A stretch of DNA of 64,000 bases from Candidatus Poribacteria bacterium (lineage in GTDB: Bacteria; Poribacteria; WGA-4E; JAJDTR01), in contig CBDDPW010000022.1 of assembly GCA_965232535.1 (NCBI GenBank), forward strand, positions 512,519 to 576,518, given 5' to 3'. Positions 33,282-44,555 of this stretch are shown in pieces (the stretch's first letter is position 1; each line of letters begins with the position of its first letter). The translations under genes were made by a program, and so were the position numbers. The notes beneath the pieces are model-generated. The model was not told the origin of the DNA. It did not search any database and saw nothing but the letters and a program-made list of their open reading frames with translations.

Positions 33282-34016
33282 ATGCAGGTAGACGGTGTCT
33301 TCAATCTAAATAAACCGCCTGGAATAACGTCTAGACAGGCCGTCGATCGAGTGAAGCACGCCTTGAGAGTTCCGAAGGCTGGGCATGGGGGCACATTGGA
33401 TCCGGATGCCACAGGCGTTCTACTCGTTTGCTTGGGGAAGGGAACGAAGCTGTTCGATCAGCTACAGCAGGGAACCAAGGAGTACGAGGGTACGCTGACG
33501 TTGGGGATTACAACGGACACGCTGGACGCCAGTGGCAGTGTCCAAAAAGTGTCTGATGTCGGTCAATTTTCAGATGAAGAGATCCGAGTTGTTGTTCAGC
33601 AATTTGTGGGCGAGATTGAGCAGGCGGTTCCCATGTTTTCAGCCGTAAAGCACAAAGGCAAGCGATTGTACAAGTTGGCCCATCAAGGCGTCGCGTTGGA
33701 GGAATTGCCGAAGAGAACGGTTCACGTCAAATCACTTGAGGTGTTATCGGTGCGTCCCCCGCACGTTCGGTTCCGAGTTGTGTGCTCAAAGGGCACATAC
33801 ATTCGCGTTCTCGCTGCGGATATTGGTGTATCCCTCGGGTGCGGGGCTCATCTCTCACAGTTAACTCGTACACGTTCAGGGGATTTCACGCTCGAATCGT
33901 CTCATACTCTTGATTGGCTTGAGCAGCAGCCCTCTCGCGCATGCGAGGCTATTGTACCGGTGGATGATGTTTATGACATGGGTGTTGGAACGCCACCGAA
34001 TAAAGACTGTCGCTGA
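33282..34016 (+). CDS. truB: tRNA pseudouridine(55) synthase
   Basis: GHGGTLDPDATG, CSKGTYIR. Confidence 0.96.
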   Translation: MQVDGVFNLNKPPGITSRQAVDRVKHALRVPKAGHGGTLDPDATGVLLVCLGKGTKLFDQLQQGTKEYEGTLTLGITTDTLDASGSVQKVSDVGQFSDEEIRVVVQQFVGEIEQAVPMFSAVKHKGKRLYKLAHQGVALEELPKRTVHVKSLEVLSVRPPHVRFRVVCSKGTYIRVLAADIGVSLGCGAHLSQLTRTRSGDFTLESSHTLDWLEQQPSRACEAIVPVDDVYDMGVGTPPNKDCR

Positions 34017-34140
34017 GTGCTTAGCGAAATCGAAATCTTCCCTTGGTCGGAACCCCTGTTGCACAGGAGCGCTCCTCATGAAATCCACTTTTCCGGGTAT
34101 GCGATTGGCATGTCCGATCCGAAGCCTTGGGGATTGAAGT

Positions 34141-35070
34141 TTGCAGATTTACTACAATCTGGAAGATTTTCCCGTACTTAAACGAGACTCGGTTACAACT
34201 TTTGGCGTGTTTGATGGATTGCACCTCGGTCATCAAGCCGTCATTCATCAAGTAGTCAAAGACGCAACCGTTCGTGACCTCTCGAGAACCGTTCTCGCGT
34301 TTTATCCCCATCCGATGGCGTTTCTCGCCCCTGAAAGGTGCCCGCCGATTCTTACCCCTCGACATAAGCGACTTGAGCTTCTTGAAGCACAAAGTGTTGA
34401 CATCGCTATCTTTGTTCGATTCGACGCATATTTGGCAGAAATGTCACCGCGAGTCTTTGTTGAAGACGTACTTATTGGCAAATTGCGTACGAGGCAGGTC
34501 ATTGTCGGATACGAGTGCCAATTTGGCAAGAATCGAGCAGGCAATACGGAAGTTTTACAGTCGCTCGGCACGCAGTACAACTTTGATGTCACTATTATGC
34601 CTCCAACATTGGTCGAAGGTATGCCAGTCCATAGCACTCGTGTCCGTGACGCTGTGGTACAAGGTAAGTTGAAACTCGTGGCGGAGTTACTCGGACGCCC
34701 TCACTCCATCATCGGCAAGATCGTTCAAGGCGACGGTCGGGGCCGCCAAATTGGATACCCGACAGCTAACATTCACGCCGAGAATCAGATTCACCCCCCA
34801 AACGGTGTTTATGCCATTCAGGCTAAACTGAAGGACGGGCTCTACGGGGGAATACTGAATATGGGGATGCGACCTACCGTTGGTGGAGAGAAGTTTCAAA
34901 TTGAGGCACACTTGTTCAATTTTAATGAGAATGTGTACGACAGGGAGATTGAAGTCTTTTTCATCAAGAATATCCGCGATGAACGGAAGTTTCCGGACGT
35001 GGAGTCCTTGGTCAAACAGATTAATCAGGATGTCGAATTTGCACACGGTATTCTGGACACCGAGGTATGA
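34141..35070 (+). CDS. ribF: Bifunctional riboflavin kinase/FAD synthetase
   Basis: GVFDGLHLGH, GYPTAN, EAH. Confidence 0.96.
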   Translation: MQIYYNLEDFPVLKRDSVTTFGVFDGLHLGHQAVIHQVVKDATVRDLSRTVLAFYPHPMAFLAPERCPPILTPRHKRLELLEAQSVDIAIFVRFDAYLAEMSPRVFVEDVLIGKLRTRQVIVGYECQFGKNRAGNTEVLQSLGTQYNFDVTIMPPTLVEGMPVHSTRVRDAVVQGKLKLVAELLGRPHSIIGKIVQGDGRGRQIGYPTANIHAENQIHPPNGVYAIQAKLKDGLYGGILNMGMRPTVGGEKFQIEAHLFNFNENVYDREIEVFFIKNIRDERKFPDVESLVKQINQDVEFAHGILDTEV

Positions 35071-35344
35071 AGAACAGGTGAGTGTTCATGGTGTTGGCTA
35101 CTCACGGCGTACAACAGTCTATTGAAGAATATGGGATTACGGGGCAACAGAAGGTCGCGATTCGACACTCGCTCCTACAAGAGGACGATTTGGTGATCGC
35201 GGAAACTTCAGTGCCGGGAGTCGGCCTTAGTTGTTCCGCAGTCCCTTGAACTTTCCCTTTCGCAATTTTGACGCCGTGTGATATAATATGATTCAACCAC
35301 GCAGAGAGAAATGAATAATGTAATGAATAAGGAGGTGAAACTCG

Positions 35345-35635
35345 GTGGCACTGAATGCAGAAAAGAAGGAAGAACTGCGCCAAACGTACAGGCAGCACGA
35401 TAAGGATACCGGGTCGCCAGAAGTTCAAGTGGCACTCATCAACACTCGGATTCGGCAATTGACCGACCATTTTCGCACGCATAGAAAAGACCATCACTCA
35501 AGATACGGACTCTTCAAACTTGTGGGAAAACAACGTCGATTATTACGCTACCTTTATAAGAAGGACAGTCAAAGATATTATCAACTTATTAATCAACTCG
35601 GAATACGGGACACACTAGGATCGAGAGGGAATTGA
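35345..35635 (+). CDS. rpsO: 30S ribosomal protein S15
   Basis: DTGSPEVQVA, KDHHSR. Confidence 0.97.
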   Translation: MALNAEKKEELRQTYRQHDKDTGSPEVQVALINTRIRQLTDHFRTHRKDHHSRYGLFKLVGKQRRLLRYLYKKDSQRYYQLINQLGIRDTLGSRGN

Positions 35636-35669
35636 CCATCCACCGTAGGAGTGTTGAGGAGGAAACAAC

Positions 35670-37925
35670 GTGAAAGTAGAAATGCAACTTGGAGGGGAGC
35701 AACTTTCAATTGAAACAGGAAAAGTTGCCAAGCAGGCAGACGGAGCTGTCTGGGTACAATACGGTGGAACGGTCGTCTTAGTGACAGTCGTTGCCGAAAC
35801 AAAAGAAAGTAATCTCGATTTTTTTCCGTTAACGGTAGATTATCGAGAGCGCGCTTATGCCGCTGGACGAATTCCAACGGTTTATGGAAGGCGTGAGCCA
35901 CGCCCAGGGGTAGGAGAGCAGTTGGTCTCGCGTTTAATCGATCATTGCATTCGGCCTCTGTTTCCGAAGGACTTTAAGGCGGAAGTGCAAGTTCTGTGCA
36001 ATGTTCTTTCTTCGGATCAGGTGCATCCGGCTGATGTTCCGGCGCTGATTGGAACCTCAGCAGCGTTATGTATTTCAGATGTCCCGTTCAATGGCCCGGT
36101 TGGAGCGGTTACCGTGGGTAAGCTGGATGGGTCGTTGGTCATCAATCCGGTTTACGAACAACTGGAACCGGCCCAGATGGAACTTTTCGTCAGCGGTACG
36201 TCAGAAGCAGTGATGTCTGTCGAAGGCGGCGGGCACGAAATACCGGAGGACGAAGTAATTGACACAATCATTGTGGCGCACGAGGAAATTAAAGAAATCA
36301 TCAGGTTACAAGAAGGTTTGATAGCCCTCTGTGGGAAACCGACTCGTGAATACCAAACGAAGGAGATTGGCGAAGCGTTAAACACTCGAATCCGCAGCCT
36401 AGCTACCTCTAAGATTCAGGAATCCATCGGAATGGAGGACAAGAAAACCCGAGAGGATTACCTGGAGCAAGTTCAAGTGGATGTCCTGTCGGAAATCCTT
36501 AATGATGATGTCGAAGAGGAAGCCGTTGTCGCGATGGAGAAGGATACGATCTCCATATTGGGCGACATCGAAAAAGAGCAGATGCGCCAATCCATTCTGA
36601 ATGAAGGAAAACGGGTTGACGGACGAAGTACGACGGATATTCGGCAGATCTCGGGAGAGGTCTCGGTGCTCCCTCGGACACATGGTTCATCCATCTTCAC
36701 TCGCGGACAGACTCAAGCTCTCTGCGTGACGACACTTGGAACGGCTGGAGATGAAGACCTTCAACGCCGGCTAGACGGTGAAACAAGACATGCGTTTTTC
36801 CTGCATTACAACTTTCCGCCGTTTAGCACCGGCGAGGTAAAGCGAATGATGGGGCCGGGCCGGCGGGAGATTGGCCACGGATCGCTTGCCGAAAAAGCAA
36901 TCGAGCCGGTCATTCCATCCAAAGACGATTTTCGCTATACGATTCGAGTTGTGTCGGAGATACTTGAATCAAATGCCTCGTCATCAATGGCTAGTGTCTG
37001 CGGTGCGACTCTGGCACTCATGGATGCGGGTGTTCCCATTACGAAACCTGTCGCCGGGATTGGTGTTGGATTAATCAAGGAAGGCGATCAGGAGGTCATT
37101 CTGACCGATATGCTTGGCACGGAAGATTTCCTCGGAGATATGGATTTCAAAGTTGCGGGAACTCGCGACGGTGTCACGGCGATCCAGATGGATATCAAAA
37201 TTGATGGCGTTACTCCGGACTTGATGAAGAGAGCTATTTATCAAGCACGGGAAGGGCGTTTGGCTGTGCTCGATAGGATGGGGGAGGTAATCGCCGAACC
37301 GCGGTCTGACATCTCCGTGTATGCGCCGCGTATTTACAACATCCAGATTTCTCCGAACAAAATCAAGGATCTCATTGGGCCGCGCGGCAAGGTAATTCAA
37401 ACAATTCAGGAAGAGACGAATACCACGGTAAACGTTGAAGACAGTGGTAACGTCGAAATTGCCGCAACGAGCGCCGAAGCTGCGAATAAGGCGGAGGAGA
37501 TGATCCGCGAAGTCACCGCCATGCCAGAGGTCGGCAAGGAATACAACGGAAAAGTTGTGCGAACAACGACCTTTGGAGCCTTTGTAGAGATCCTTCCCGG
37601 GCAAGATGGGTTGGTGCACATTTCACAAATGGGTGATGGCTACGTCCGTAAAGTCGAAGATGTGATGCAGGTCGGAGATGAGGTTACAGTGAGTGTGATC
37701 ACTATTGATGACCAAGGAAGGGTAGATCTTTCTCTCGCCGGTGCAAGTGCAGAGTTGTCATCGACAGATTCTGCAACGGGCGAGGGAGAACGTGGTGCAC
37801 CTCGCGATGGTGATCGCGGACGTTCCGCCTCACGCGACTCCCGAAACAACCGACAGGGGCGCGGTGACAATTCACGCGATTCTCGTAACCGGAGATCACC
37901 ACGCATTCCGAAGGGACGGATCTAA
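35670..37925 (+). CDS. pnp: Polyribonucleotide nucleotidyltransferase
   Basis: FFPLTVDY, RREIGHG, GDMDFKVAG, KH and S1. Confidence 0.98.
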   Translation: MKVEMQLGGEQLSIETGKVAKQADGAVWVQYGGTVVLVTVVAETKESNLDFFPLTVDYRERAYAAGRIPTVYGRREPRPGVGEQLVSRLIDHCIRPLFPKDFKAEVQVLCNVLSSDQVHPADVPALIGTSAALCISDVPFNGPVGAVTVGKLDGSLVINPVYEQLEPAQMELFVSGTSEAVMSVEGGGHEIPEDEVIDTIIVAHEEIKEIIRLQEGLIALCGKPTREYQTKEIGEALNTRIRSLATSKIQESIGMEDKKTREDYLEQVQVDVLSEILNDDVEEEAVVAMEKDTISILGDIEKEQMRQSILNEGKRVDGRSTTDIRQISGEVSVLPRTHGSSIFTRGQTQALCVTTLGTAGDEDLQRRLDGETRHAFFLHYNFPPFSTGEVKRMMGPGRREIGHGSLAEKAIEPVIPSKDDFRYTIRVVSEILESNASSSMASVCGATLALMDAGVPITKPVAGIGVGLIKEGDQEVILTDMLGTEDFLGDMDFKVAGTRDGVTAIQMDIKIDGVTPDLMKRAIYQAREGRLAVLDRMGEVIAEPRSDISVYAPRIYNIQISPNKIKDLIGPRGKVIQTIQEETNTTVNVEDSGNVEIAATSAEAANKAEEMIREVTAMPEVGKEYNGKVVRTTTFGAFVEILPGQDGLVHISQMGDGYVRKVEDVMQVGDEVTVSVITIDDQGRVDLSLAGASAELSSTDSATGEGERGAPRDGDRGRSASRDSRNNRQGRGDNSRDSRNRRSPRIPKGRI

Positions 37926-37977
37926 GTGTTTGGTGCCAACAACCGGATCAGTACTTCGTGTGTAGATGAATCCGTGC

Positions 37978-38010
37978 GGGTTCAGAAGTGGCTTAGCCAC
38001 ATCTGAACCC
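37978..38010 (+). terminator. Hairpin after pnp (terminator or REP-like)
   Basis: GGGTTCAGA...TCTGAACCC stem. Confidence 0.4.
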
Positions 38011-38449
38011 ATCTTCTATTCTATCTCTTTCAGTCGATGAATTTTAGCGAGAGTTTTTTCCGATGCAAGCAAGGAACCGCGTACCAAGGAGAACTCGCCT
38101 TTCAAAGGGCGATTTATTAGATCAGAAATGGCTAACATATCTCTTGGTATTGATTCTGATTGTGTTAATCGGTGTTTTTGTGGCATCGTTGAGATACCAA
38201 GACGCACTTGTTCGGTACGCTAAGGACTTTGTGCAGCGTGCAAAGGATGCGGTCGCCGCCAGTCTTGGTCTGAAAGAGATAATTAGAGGGCTTGAATACC
38301 GAAGTTTCGTAAACCGATTCGCATTCGCAACGGCTGCCGCGCTACCCAAACCGTGTAATTTCTCTCCTATTGATTCTTTCCTCCATATCCTGACAGTATC
38401 CGAATCCAAATCAATTGCCATTGAATAACACGTGCCGGAGGACTGCCAC

Positions 38450-38965
38450 ATGCGCACTGTGATCCTTCATAGGTGTTTCCCAATCTTGACATGCCTCGTA
38501 CTCGGATGTGGTTACGTTTCAACCTCTTCCTACCTCGAACACATCAAAACCGTTCAAATTGCTCCAGTCCAAATCGAGGACTCGGATATTACGTACGATG
38601 TCCAGTCTGATCGACCTTACGATGAAATCCTTCAAGAAAAACTGACAGAGCGTTTTACGCGAAAGTGGCGCGACGGAAACGACGCAGTGCTTGAAGTTAG
38701 AATCATGGACTATGATTTGAGAGAGATTGACTTCGGGGCAACCAATCAAGCGGAAAAGTTACGCATGAGTCTGCAGGTTGATTATAGGTTTTTAGACCGC
38801 GTCAATAACAAGATTATAGATCAGGATGATAGTTATTTTCAGGTTTTCGACTTCTTTATCGTCTCGGGAAGAGATGAAGAGCCGAGAACGGTTCAACAAG
38901 CGCGTACCGAGATCTTTGAGGAGCTTGTTGACGATCTCTTTCAACAGCTTGCCGAGCAGTGGTGA
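38450..38965 (+). CDS. LptE-like lipoprotein
   Basis: Lipobox LGCGY; length and C-terminal ...QW typical of LptE-like proteins. Confidence 0.6.
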   Translation: MRTVILHRCFPILTCLVLGCGYVSTSSYLEHIKTVQIAPVQIEDSDITYDVQSDRPYDEILQEKLTERFTRKWRDGNDAVLEVRIMDYDLREIDFGATNQAEKLRMSLQVDYRFLDRVNNKIIDQDDSYFQVFDFFIVSGRDEEPRTVQQARTEIFEELVDDLFQQLAEQW

Positions 38966-38986
38966 TATCGGGAAGGCAACTGCGTA

Positions 38987-39979
38987 ATGAAGACGTCGAG
39001 CACGAATTTCCTTACATGTTGCATTGCGGTTCTCCTGTGTTGCAGTGCCGACCAAAGGGACTACACCGCCCTCACTCGCGAAGGGCGATATCTGGTTGGT
39101 GTTTGGAATACACATTCGGAGAAAGTCGCGACGAAATTAATAGATCAGATGACCAATACAGGCGCCGAGGAAAGCGGGCGAATTCGGTCTTTAGCGATTG
39201 AAACATCTGTAAAACCCGTTGACCTACTACCCGTCAATGATGATGTCGCCGACTGGGTCAGATCGCGTAAACCTAGCGGTTATACTGCGGAGAACTTGTA
39301 CAAAGATACCCTTGGCGGGCACCCAGAGTTGTATCGTGCTTATGGTGTTATTGAGCAAGCCGAAGTGGAGTACCAAACTCCTCTTCTCGGCTCCTACCCG
39401 CTAATCCGAGTTGAAATTTTTGACATGGGCACCGCCGAAAACGCATTCGGGATATACAGTTTCAACCAATATCCGGAAGCGGAATTCGAATGGGTTGGCA
39501 ACCGAGCTGTCATTTCAGGAAAATTTTTGCGGTTTTGGAAAGGGAAGTATTTTGTTGAGATCGAAGGGTACGAATTTGCTACGAAGGTTCAGGAAGGGAT
39601 AGTTGAGTTGGCAAAGTCGGTTGCCAGTCGAATCAAAGATTCGCCGACTAAACCACACCTTCTAAAGCTACTTCCGGCAAACAAAGTTCCACACAGTGTA
39701 AAGTATTTCTTTGATGATACTACGTTGCGGAAAATCTATAGTTTTCTACCAGATGATGGTCTTGAGTTAGGTTCCAACTCAACGGGAATCACTGCTTCCT
39801 ACGCGCATAAAAAGAGCGAAAATAAGCATTGGGCGGACACCATGGTTGCCTTTCTCATTCGATATCCCACCGAGTCGGTGGCGACGGAAGCCTACAACCA
39901 CTATCGGAATTTCCTGGAGGCACAGGCTGTTTCCGTTCGTTCGCTTGAGGGAAGAGGAATTTTGGTTCAGCAACAGTAA
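38987..39979 (+). CDS. Exported protein (DUF6599-like)
   Basis: Signal peptide; EIFDMG...AFGIYS, FWKGKYFVEI. Confidence 0.6.
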   Translation: MKTSSTNFLTCCIAVLLCCSADQRDYTALTREGRYLVGVWNTHSEKVATKLIDQMTNTGAEESGRIRSLAIETSVKPVDLLPVNDDVADWVRSRKPSGYTAENLYKDTLGGHPELYRAYGVIEQAEVEYQTPLLGSYPLIRVEIFDMGTAENAFGIYSFNQYPEAEFEWVGNRAVISGKFLRFWKGKYFVEIEGYEFATKVQEGIVELAKSVASRIKDSPTKPHLLKLLPANKVPHSVKYFFDDTTLRKIYSFLPDDGLELGSNSTGITASYAHKKSENKHWADTMVAFLIRYPTESVATEAYNHYRNFLEAQAVSVRSLEGRGILVQQQ

Positions 39980-40068
39980 AAATCAGATCTCGGATTGAAC
40001 AAAAAATTGGGAATGGTGTGAGGTTTCGTTGCATTGTTTTTTCACGCATCATGCTTTATTAAACCGCC

Positions 40069-41166
40069 ATGTCAGACAATCTAAAGCGTACCTCGCTCTT
40101 CAACATTCACAAACAACTCGGCGCGCGGATGATTGAATTTGGCGGTTGGGAAATGCCGGTCCAATATAGTAGCATAGTTGCAGAACATCTGGCGGTTCGG
40201 TCAAATGTAGGTATTTTTGATCTGTCGCATATGGGTGAGATTGAGATTAAGGGTTCTGGAGCGCTACCTCTAATCCAAAAACTCATCACCAATGATGCCT
40301 CGAAGCTCAGTGATGGACGAATTCTATATTCTCCGATGTGCACAGACACCGGCGGTATCGTGGACGACCTACTCGTATATCGTTTCAGTGCCTCCAAATA
40401 TATGCTGGTCGTTAATGCATCAAATACCGATAAGGACTATGATTGGATTCGTGTCCATAATAGAAATGGTGCGGAGGTCTCCAATTTAAGCGACGACATT
40501 TCCCTCATCGCGTTGCAAGGCAGAAATGCCCCAATTATCTTAGAGGCGCTGACAGATGTCAACGTCTCAGCTATTGAGTATTACGCCTTCAAGGAGGGCG
40601 AGATTGGCGGAATTCCAACCTGCATCTCGCGTACCGGATACACGGGGGAAGCGGGGTTTGAGCTGTATGTGGGTGCGAGTCGCGGCGCGGACTTGTGGAA
40701 CGCACTTCATGAGGCTACGATAAATGCGGGCGGAAACGCTGTAGGGCTCGCAGCAAGAGATACGCTGCGGCTAGAAATGAAGTTCTGTTTGTATGGGAAC
40801 GATATTGACGAGACGACTACACCGCTGGAAGCGGGGCTGCGCTGGACGGTGGCATTTGACAAGGAGGATTTCACCGGGAAAAACGCATTGACCCAGCAGC
40901 GTGACCGTGGGATCAAACGACGCCTCGCCGGATTCAGAATGCTAGACCGAGGAATTGCACGGTCGCATCATAACGTGTATCATGGGGACTTGTCCATCGG
41001 TGAGGTTACCAGCGGGGCACCGTCACCAAGCCTAGGGTATAATATCGGGCTCGCATACCTGCCGATAGAATGGAGTAAGAAAAAGACGAAAATCGACATT
41101 GAAATTCGAGGGAAGCGCCACTCTGCGGAGGTGGTAGCAACCCCATTTTATAAATCATCAAATTAA
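40069..41166 (+). CDS. gcvT: Glycine cleavage aminomethyltransferase T
   Basis: FGGWEMPVQY, FDLSHMG, SRTGYTGE. Confidence 0.97.
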   Translation: MSDNLKRTSLFNIHKQLGARMIEFGGWEMPVQYSSIVAEHLAVRSNVGIFDLSHMGEIEIKGSGALPLIQKLITNDASKLSDGRILYSPMCTDTGGIVDDLLVYRFSASKYMLVVNASNTDKDYDWIRVHNRNGAEVSNLSDDISLIALQGRNAPIILEALTDVNVSAIEYYAFKEGEIGGIPTCISRTGYTGEAGFELYVGASRGADLWNALHEATINAGGNAVGLAARDTLRLEMKFCLYGNDIDETTTPLEAGLRWTVAFDKEDFTGKNALTQQRDRGIKRRLAGFRMLDRGIARSHHNVYHGDLSIGEVTSGAPSPSLGYNIGLAYLPIEWSKKKTKIDIEIRGKRHSAEVVATPFYKSSN

Positions 41167-41209
41167 GCAGCGCTAACTGTGAATTTTAGCGTGAATTTCA
41201 GGAGAATGG

Positions 41210-41599
41210 ATGTTTCCAAAAGATCTAAAGTATATGGAGAGTCACGAATGGGCAAAAAGTGAAGGTGATGTTGTTATCGTTGGTGTCTCCGACTATGCCC
41301 AGCAACAAATTCAAGATGTTGTCTACGTTGAACTTCCGGAAATTGGCCAAGAACTTGAACAAAAAAAGGAGTTCGCCGTAATCGAATCTGTCAAAGCGGC
41401 GTTCGACATCTACGCTCCCGCTAGCGGTGAGGTTGTTGAAATCAACAGGGAACTGGAGGACGCTCCTGAATGTATCAATGACGATCCTTATGGAGCTGGA
41501 TGGATAGTCAAGATTCTTTTGAGCAATCCCGGCGAACTAAACAACCTTATGTCTGTTGAAGAATATCGGACGAATCTTGAGGGTGACGTGGAAGCGTAG
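41210..41599 (+). CDS. gcvH: Glycine cleavage H protein
   Basis: SHEW, IESVKA lipoyl lysine. Confidence 0.97.
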   Translation: MFPKDLKYMESHEWAKSEGDVVIVGVSDYAQQQIQDVVYVELPEIGQELEQKKEFAVIESVKAAFDIYAPASGEVVEINRELEDAPECINDDPYGAGWIVKILLSNPGELNNLMSVEEYRTNLEGDVEA

Positions 41600-41600
41600 G

Positions 41601-44504
41601 ATGGAAGCAACAAGAAGCAAAGCAGCCGAAGCTCTCGAAATTACTGATGCATTCGTTGATCGACACAATGGTCCCCGGTCAGACGACATTGAACTGATGT
41701 TGAAGAAGGTTGGTTACAGTTCCCTGGGCGCATTCATTGAAGATGTAATCCCATCTCACATCCGCCTGAACCGACCCCTAACCATTGACACCGGGTATAC
41801 CGAACACGACGCCTTGCAGAGGTTGAAGCAAATTGCCTCGCAAAATCAGGTGTATCGTTCATTCATCGGAATGGGCTATTATGATTGTATCCTTCCACCC
41901 GTAATCCAGCGAAACATCCTCGAAAACCCTGGCTGGTATACCGCGTACACACCGTATCAAGCGGAGATTTCGCAAGGGCGCCTGGAGGCCTTGTTGAATT
42001 TCCAAACGATGGTTATCGATCTTAACGGATTACCAGTCGCCAATTCCTCACTTCTGGACGAGGCGACTGCAGCGGCTGAAGCTATGGGAATGTGCCTCGC
42101 CACGACGAAACATCGGAACACGCCGACGTTTTTCATATCGGAAACTTGCCATCCTCAGACAATCGCTGTCCTCCGCACGCGAGCAGAATCAATGGGAATC
42201 AGTTTGGTTCACGGCGATCATCGTAAAGTGCAATTCGATGAACCTATTATCGGGGCAATTGTGCAATATCCTGCCAGCGATGGAGTAATTCACGACTATC
42301 ACAAATTCACGGAACAGGTTCACGAAGCCGGCGGATTGTTAGTTGTTGCGACCGATCTTCTAGCGTTGACTCTGCTCCTTCCACCGGGTGAGTTTGGCAC
42401 CGATATTGCGGTTGGATCTGCGCAGAGATTTGGGGTGCCCGTCGGGTACGGCGGTCCACACGCGGCATTCTTGGCGACAAAAGAGAAATTTAAACGCAGG
42501 GTGCCCGGGCGAATTGCCGGACTTTCGCGAGACACCGAGGGGCGAGCGGCAATCCGGCTTGCGCTTCAGACTCGAGAACAACATATCCGTAGAGAAAAAG
42601 CGACGAGTAATATCTGCACGGCGCAGGTGTTGTTAGCTGTGATAGCGGGCATGTACGCCGTTTATCACGGTCCGGCAGGGCTGCGCCGGATTGCGACGCG
42701 TATTCATGAACAGACCAGAGTTTTGCGGCGGGGTTTGGAATTATTGGGGTACACGATTGTCGACGGGGTGTTCTTTGATACCATATGTGTCGAGCTTGGT
42801 TCGACCAATTTAGAACGGCTGTTAGAAGCGGCTCGCAGAATGAAGATAAATTTCCGAGTGTTTGACCGTAGTCGTGTCGGAATTTCGCTCGATGAAGCAA
42901 CAAGGACTAAGGATGTTCAAGATTTGCTTCATGTCTTTGCGCTTGAAAGAAAACAGCCAACCGAATTTGAGAGTCTGGTTTTGGAAGGTGCCGTTCCGAC
43001 AGCGGAACTTCCGGTAGCGCTGCAGCGAAATACTCCGTATCTTTCACACCCCGTCTTTAACACCTACCATTCGGAGACGGAGATGTTGAGATACATCCAC
43101 AGACTTCAGGAGAAGGACATTTCCTTAACTCGTTCGATGATACCACTTGGCTCCTGCACGATGAAATTGAACGCGACAGCCGAAATGATTCCGGTGACTT
43201 GGAAGGAGTTTTCGCTGGTGCATCCGTTTGCATCTCGCGAGCAGGCAATCGGATACCAAACACTCTTTTCGCAACTTGAATCGTGGTTCTCCGAAATCAC
43301 AGGATTTGCCGGCATTTCATTTCAGCCTAACGCCGGATCTCAAGGAGAATATGCCGGGTTGTTAGTGATACGCAAATACCATAAGAGCCGAGGTGCAGAG
43401 AATCGAAATATCTGCTTAATCCCGACGTCTGCGCACGGGACGAATCCCGCCAGTGCCGTGATGGCGGGAATGAAAGTCGTCACAATTGATTGCGACGATG
43501 CGGGTAACATTGACCTCATTGACCTGAGAAGAAAGAGCGAGGAACACAGTCAAAATCTGGCGGCTGCCATGATTACCTACCCTTCCACACACGGTGTTTT
43601 CGAGAAGGAAATCCGGCAAATCTGCGAGGTTGTGCATCAACACGGCGGTCAGGTTTATATGGATGGCGCTAACATGAATGCCATGGTGGGCTTGTGTCGT
43701 CCAGGTGATTTTGGACCGGATGTCTGTCATCTGAACCTTCACAAGACATTCTGTATTCCACATGGCGGCGGCGGTCCCGGAATGGGGCCTATCGGAGTAA
43801 AAGAACACCTCACTCGTTTTCTCCCGACACATCCGCTTGTATCTGTGGGGGGAGAGGATGGAGTGGGAGCGATTTCGGCGTCGCCGTGGGGAAGTCCGAG
43901 TATTCTCCCAATCTCGTGGGCGTACATCGCGATGATGGGGGCGGAAGGTTTGAAGAGAGCCAGTGAGGTCGCTATTCTAAATGCCAACTATATTGCACGC
44001 TGTTTGGAACCACACTATTCAGTGCTTTACAAGGGTAGTCACGGGCTTGTTGCGCACGAATGCATTGTCGATCTTCGCGACATAAAGAAAGCAACGGGTG
44101 TCGGAGTGGGTGACATCGCGAAGCGCCTGATGGACTACGGTTTTCATGCCCCGACGGTGTCGTGGCCCGTCAATGAGACGATGATGATCGAACCCACGGA
44201 AAGCGAATCGAAACAGGAATTGGATCGGTTCTGCGAGGCGCTGATTTTAATCCGCGAAGAAATTTCCGAAATTGAAAACGGGGATGCGGATCGCTCGGAT
44301 AATGTCCTCAAGAATGCGCCTCATACCGCGTTCCACGCTACGCAATCGGAGTGGGCGCACCATTACACTCGGGAAAAAGCGGCGTTCCCCGCATCTTGGA
44401 CACGCGGAAATAAATACTGGCCACCGGTTTCGCGGGTTGATGAAGTGCAAGGAGATCGAACACTGATCTGCGCTTGTCCTCCCATTGACTCTTACGGCAG
44501 TTAA
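41601..44504 (+). CDS. gcvP: Glycine dehydrogenase (single-chain P protein)
   Basis: [31 protein letters not shown]. Confidence 0.98.
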   Translation: MEATRSKAAEALEITDAFVDRHNGPRSDDIELMLKKVGYSSLGAFIEDVIPSHIRLNRPLTIDTGYTEHDALQRLKQIASQNQVYRSFIGMGYYDCILPPVIQRNILENPGWYTAYTPYQAEISQGRLEALLNFQTMVIDLNGLPVANSSLLDEATAAAEAMGMCLATTKHRNTPTFFISETCHPQTIAVLRTRAESMGISLVHGDHRKVQFDEPIIGAIVQYPASDGVIHDYHKFTEQVHEAGGLLVVATDLLALTLLLPPGEFGTDIAVGSAQRFGVPVGYGGPHAAFLATKEKFKRRVPGRIAGLSRDTEGRAAIRLALQTREQHIRREKATSNICTAQVLLAVIAGMYAVYHGPAGLRRIATRIHEQTRVLRRGLELLGYTIVDGVFFDTICVELGSTNLERLLEAARRMKINFRVFDRSRVGISLDEATRTKDVQDLLHVFALERKQPTEFESLVLEGAVPTAELPVALQRNTPYLSHPVFNTYHSETEMLRYIHRLQEKDISLTRSMIPLGSCTMKLNATAEMIPVTWKEFSLVHPFASREQAIGYQTLFSQLESWFSEITGFAGISFQPNAGSQGEYAGLLVIRKYHKSRGAENRNICLIPTSAHGTNPASAVMAGMKVVTIDCDDAGNIDLIDLRRKSEEHSQNLAAAMITYPSTHGVFEKEIRQICEVVHQHGGQVYMDGANMNAMVGLCRPGDFGPDVCHLNLHKTFCIPHGGGGPGMGPIGVKEHLTRFLPTHPLVSVGGEDGVGAISASPWGSPSILPISWAYIAMMGAEGLKRASEVAILNANYIARCLEPHYSVLYKGSHGLVAHECIVDLRDIKKATGVGVGDIAKRLMDYGFHAPTVSWPVNETMMIEPTESESKQELDRFCEALILIREEISEIENGDADRSDNVLKNAPHTAFHATQSEWAHHYTREKAAFPASWTRGNKYWPPVSRVDEVQGDRTLICACPPIDSYGS

Positions 44505-44555
44505 AGCGACGAACTCGTCATTGACGATTTACTTTTGATGTAGTCGTCTAACCAG

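Noticed and set aside
38063-38428. 121-aa ORF with a hydrophobic stretch
   Set aside because: No recognisable family or RBS and an overlapping antisense ORF of similar size; may be real but is unsupported.
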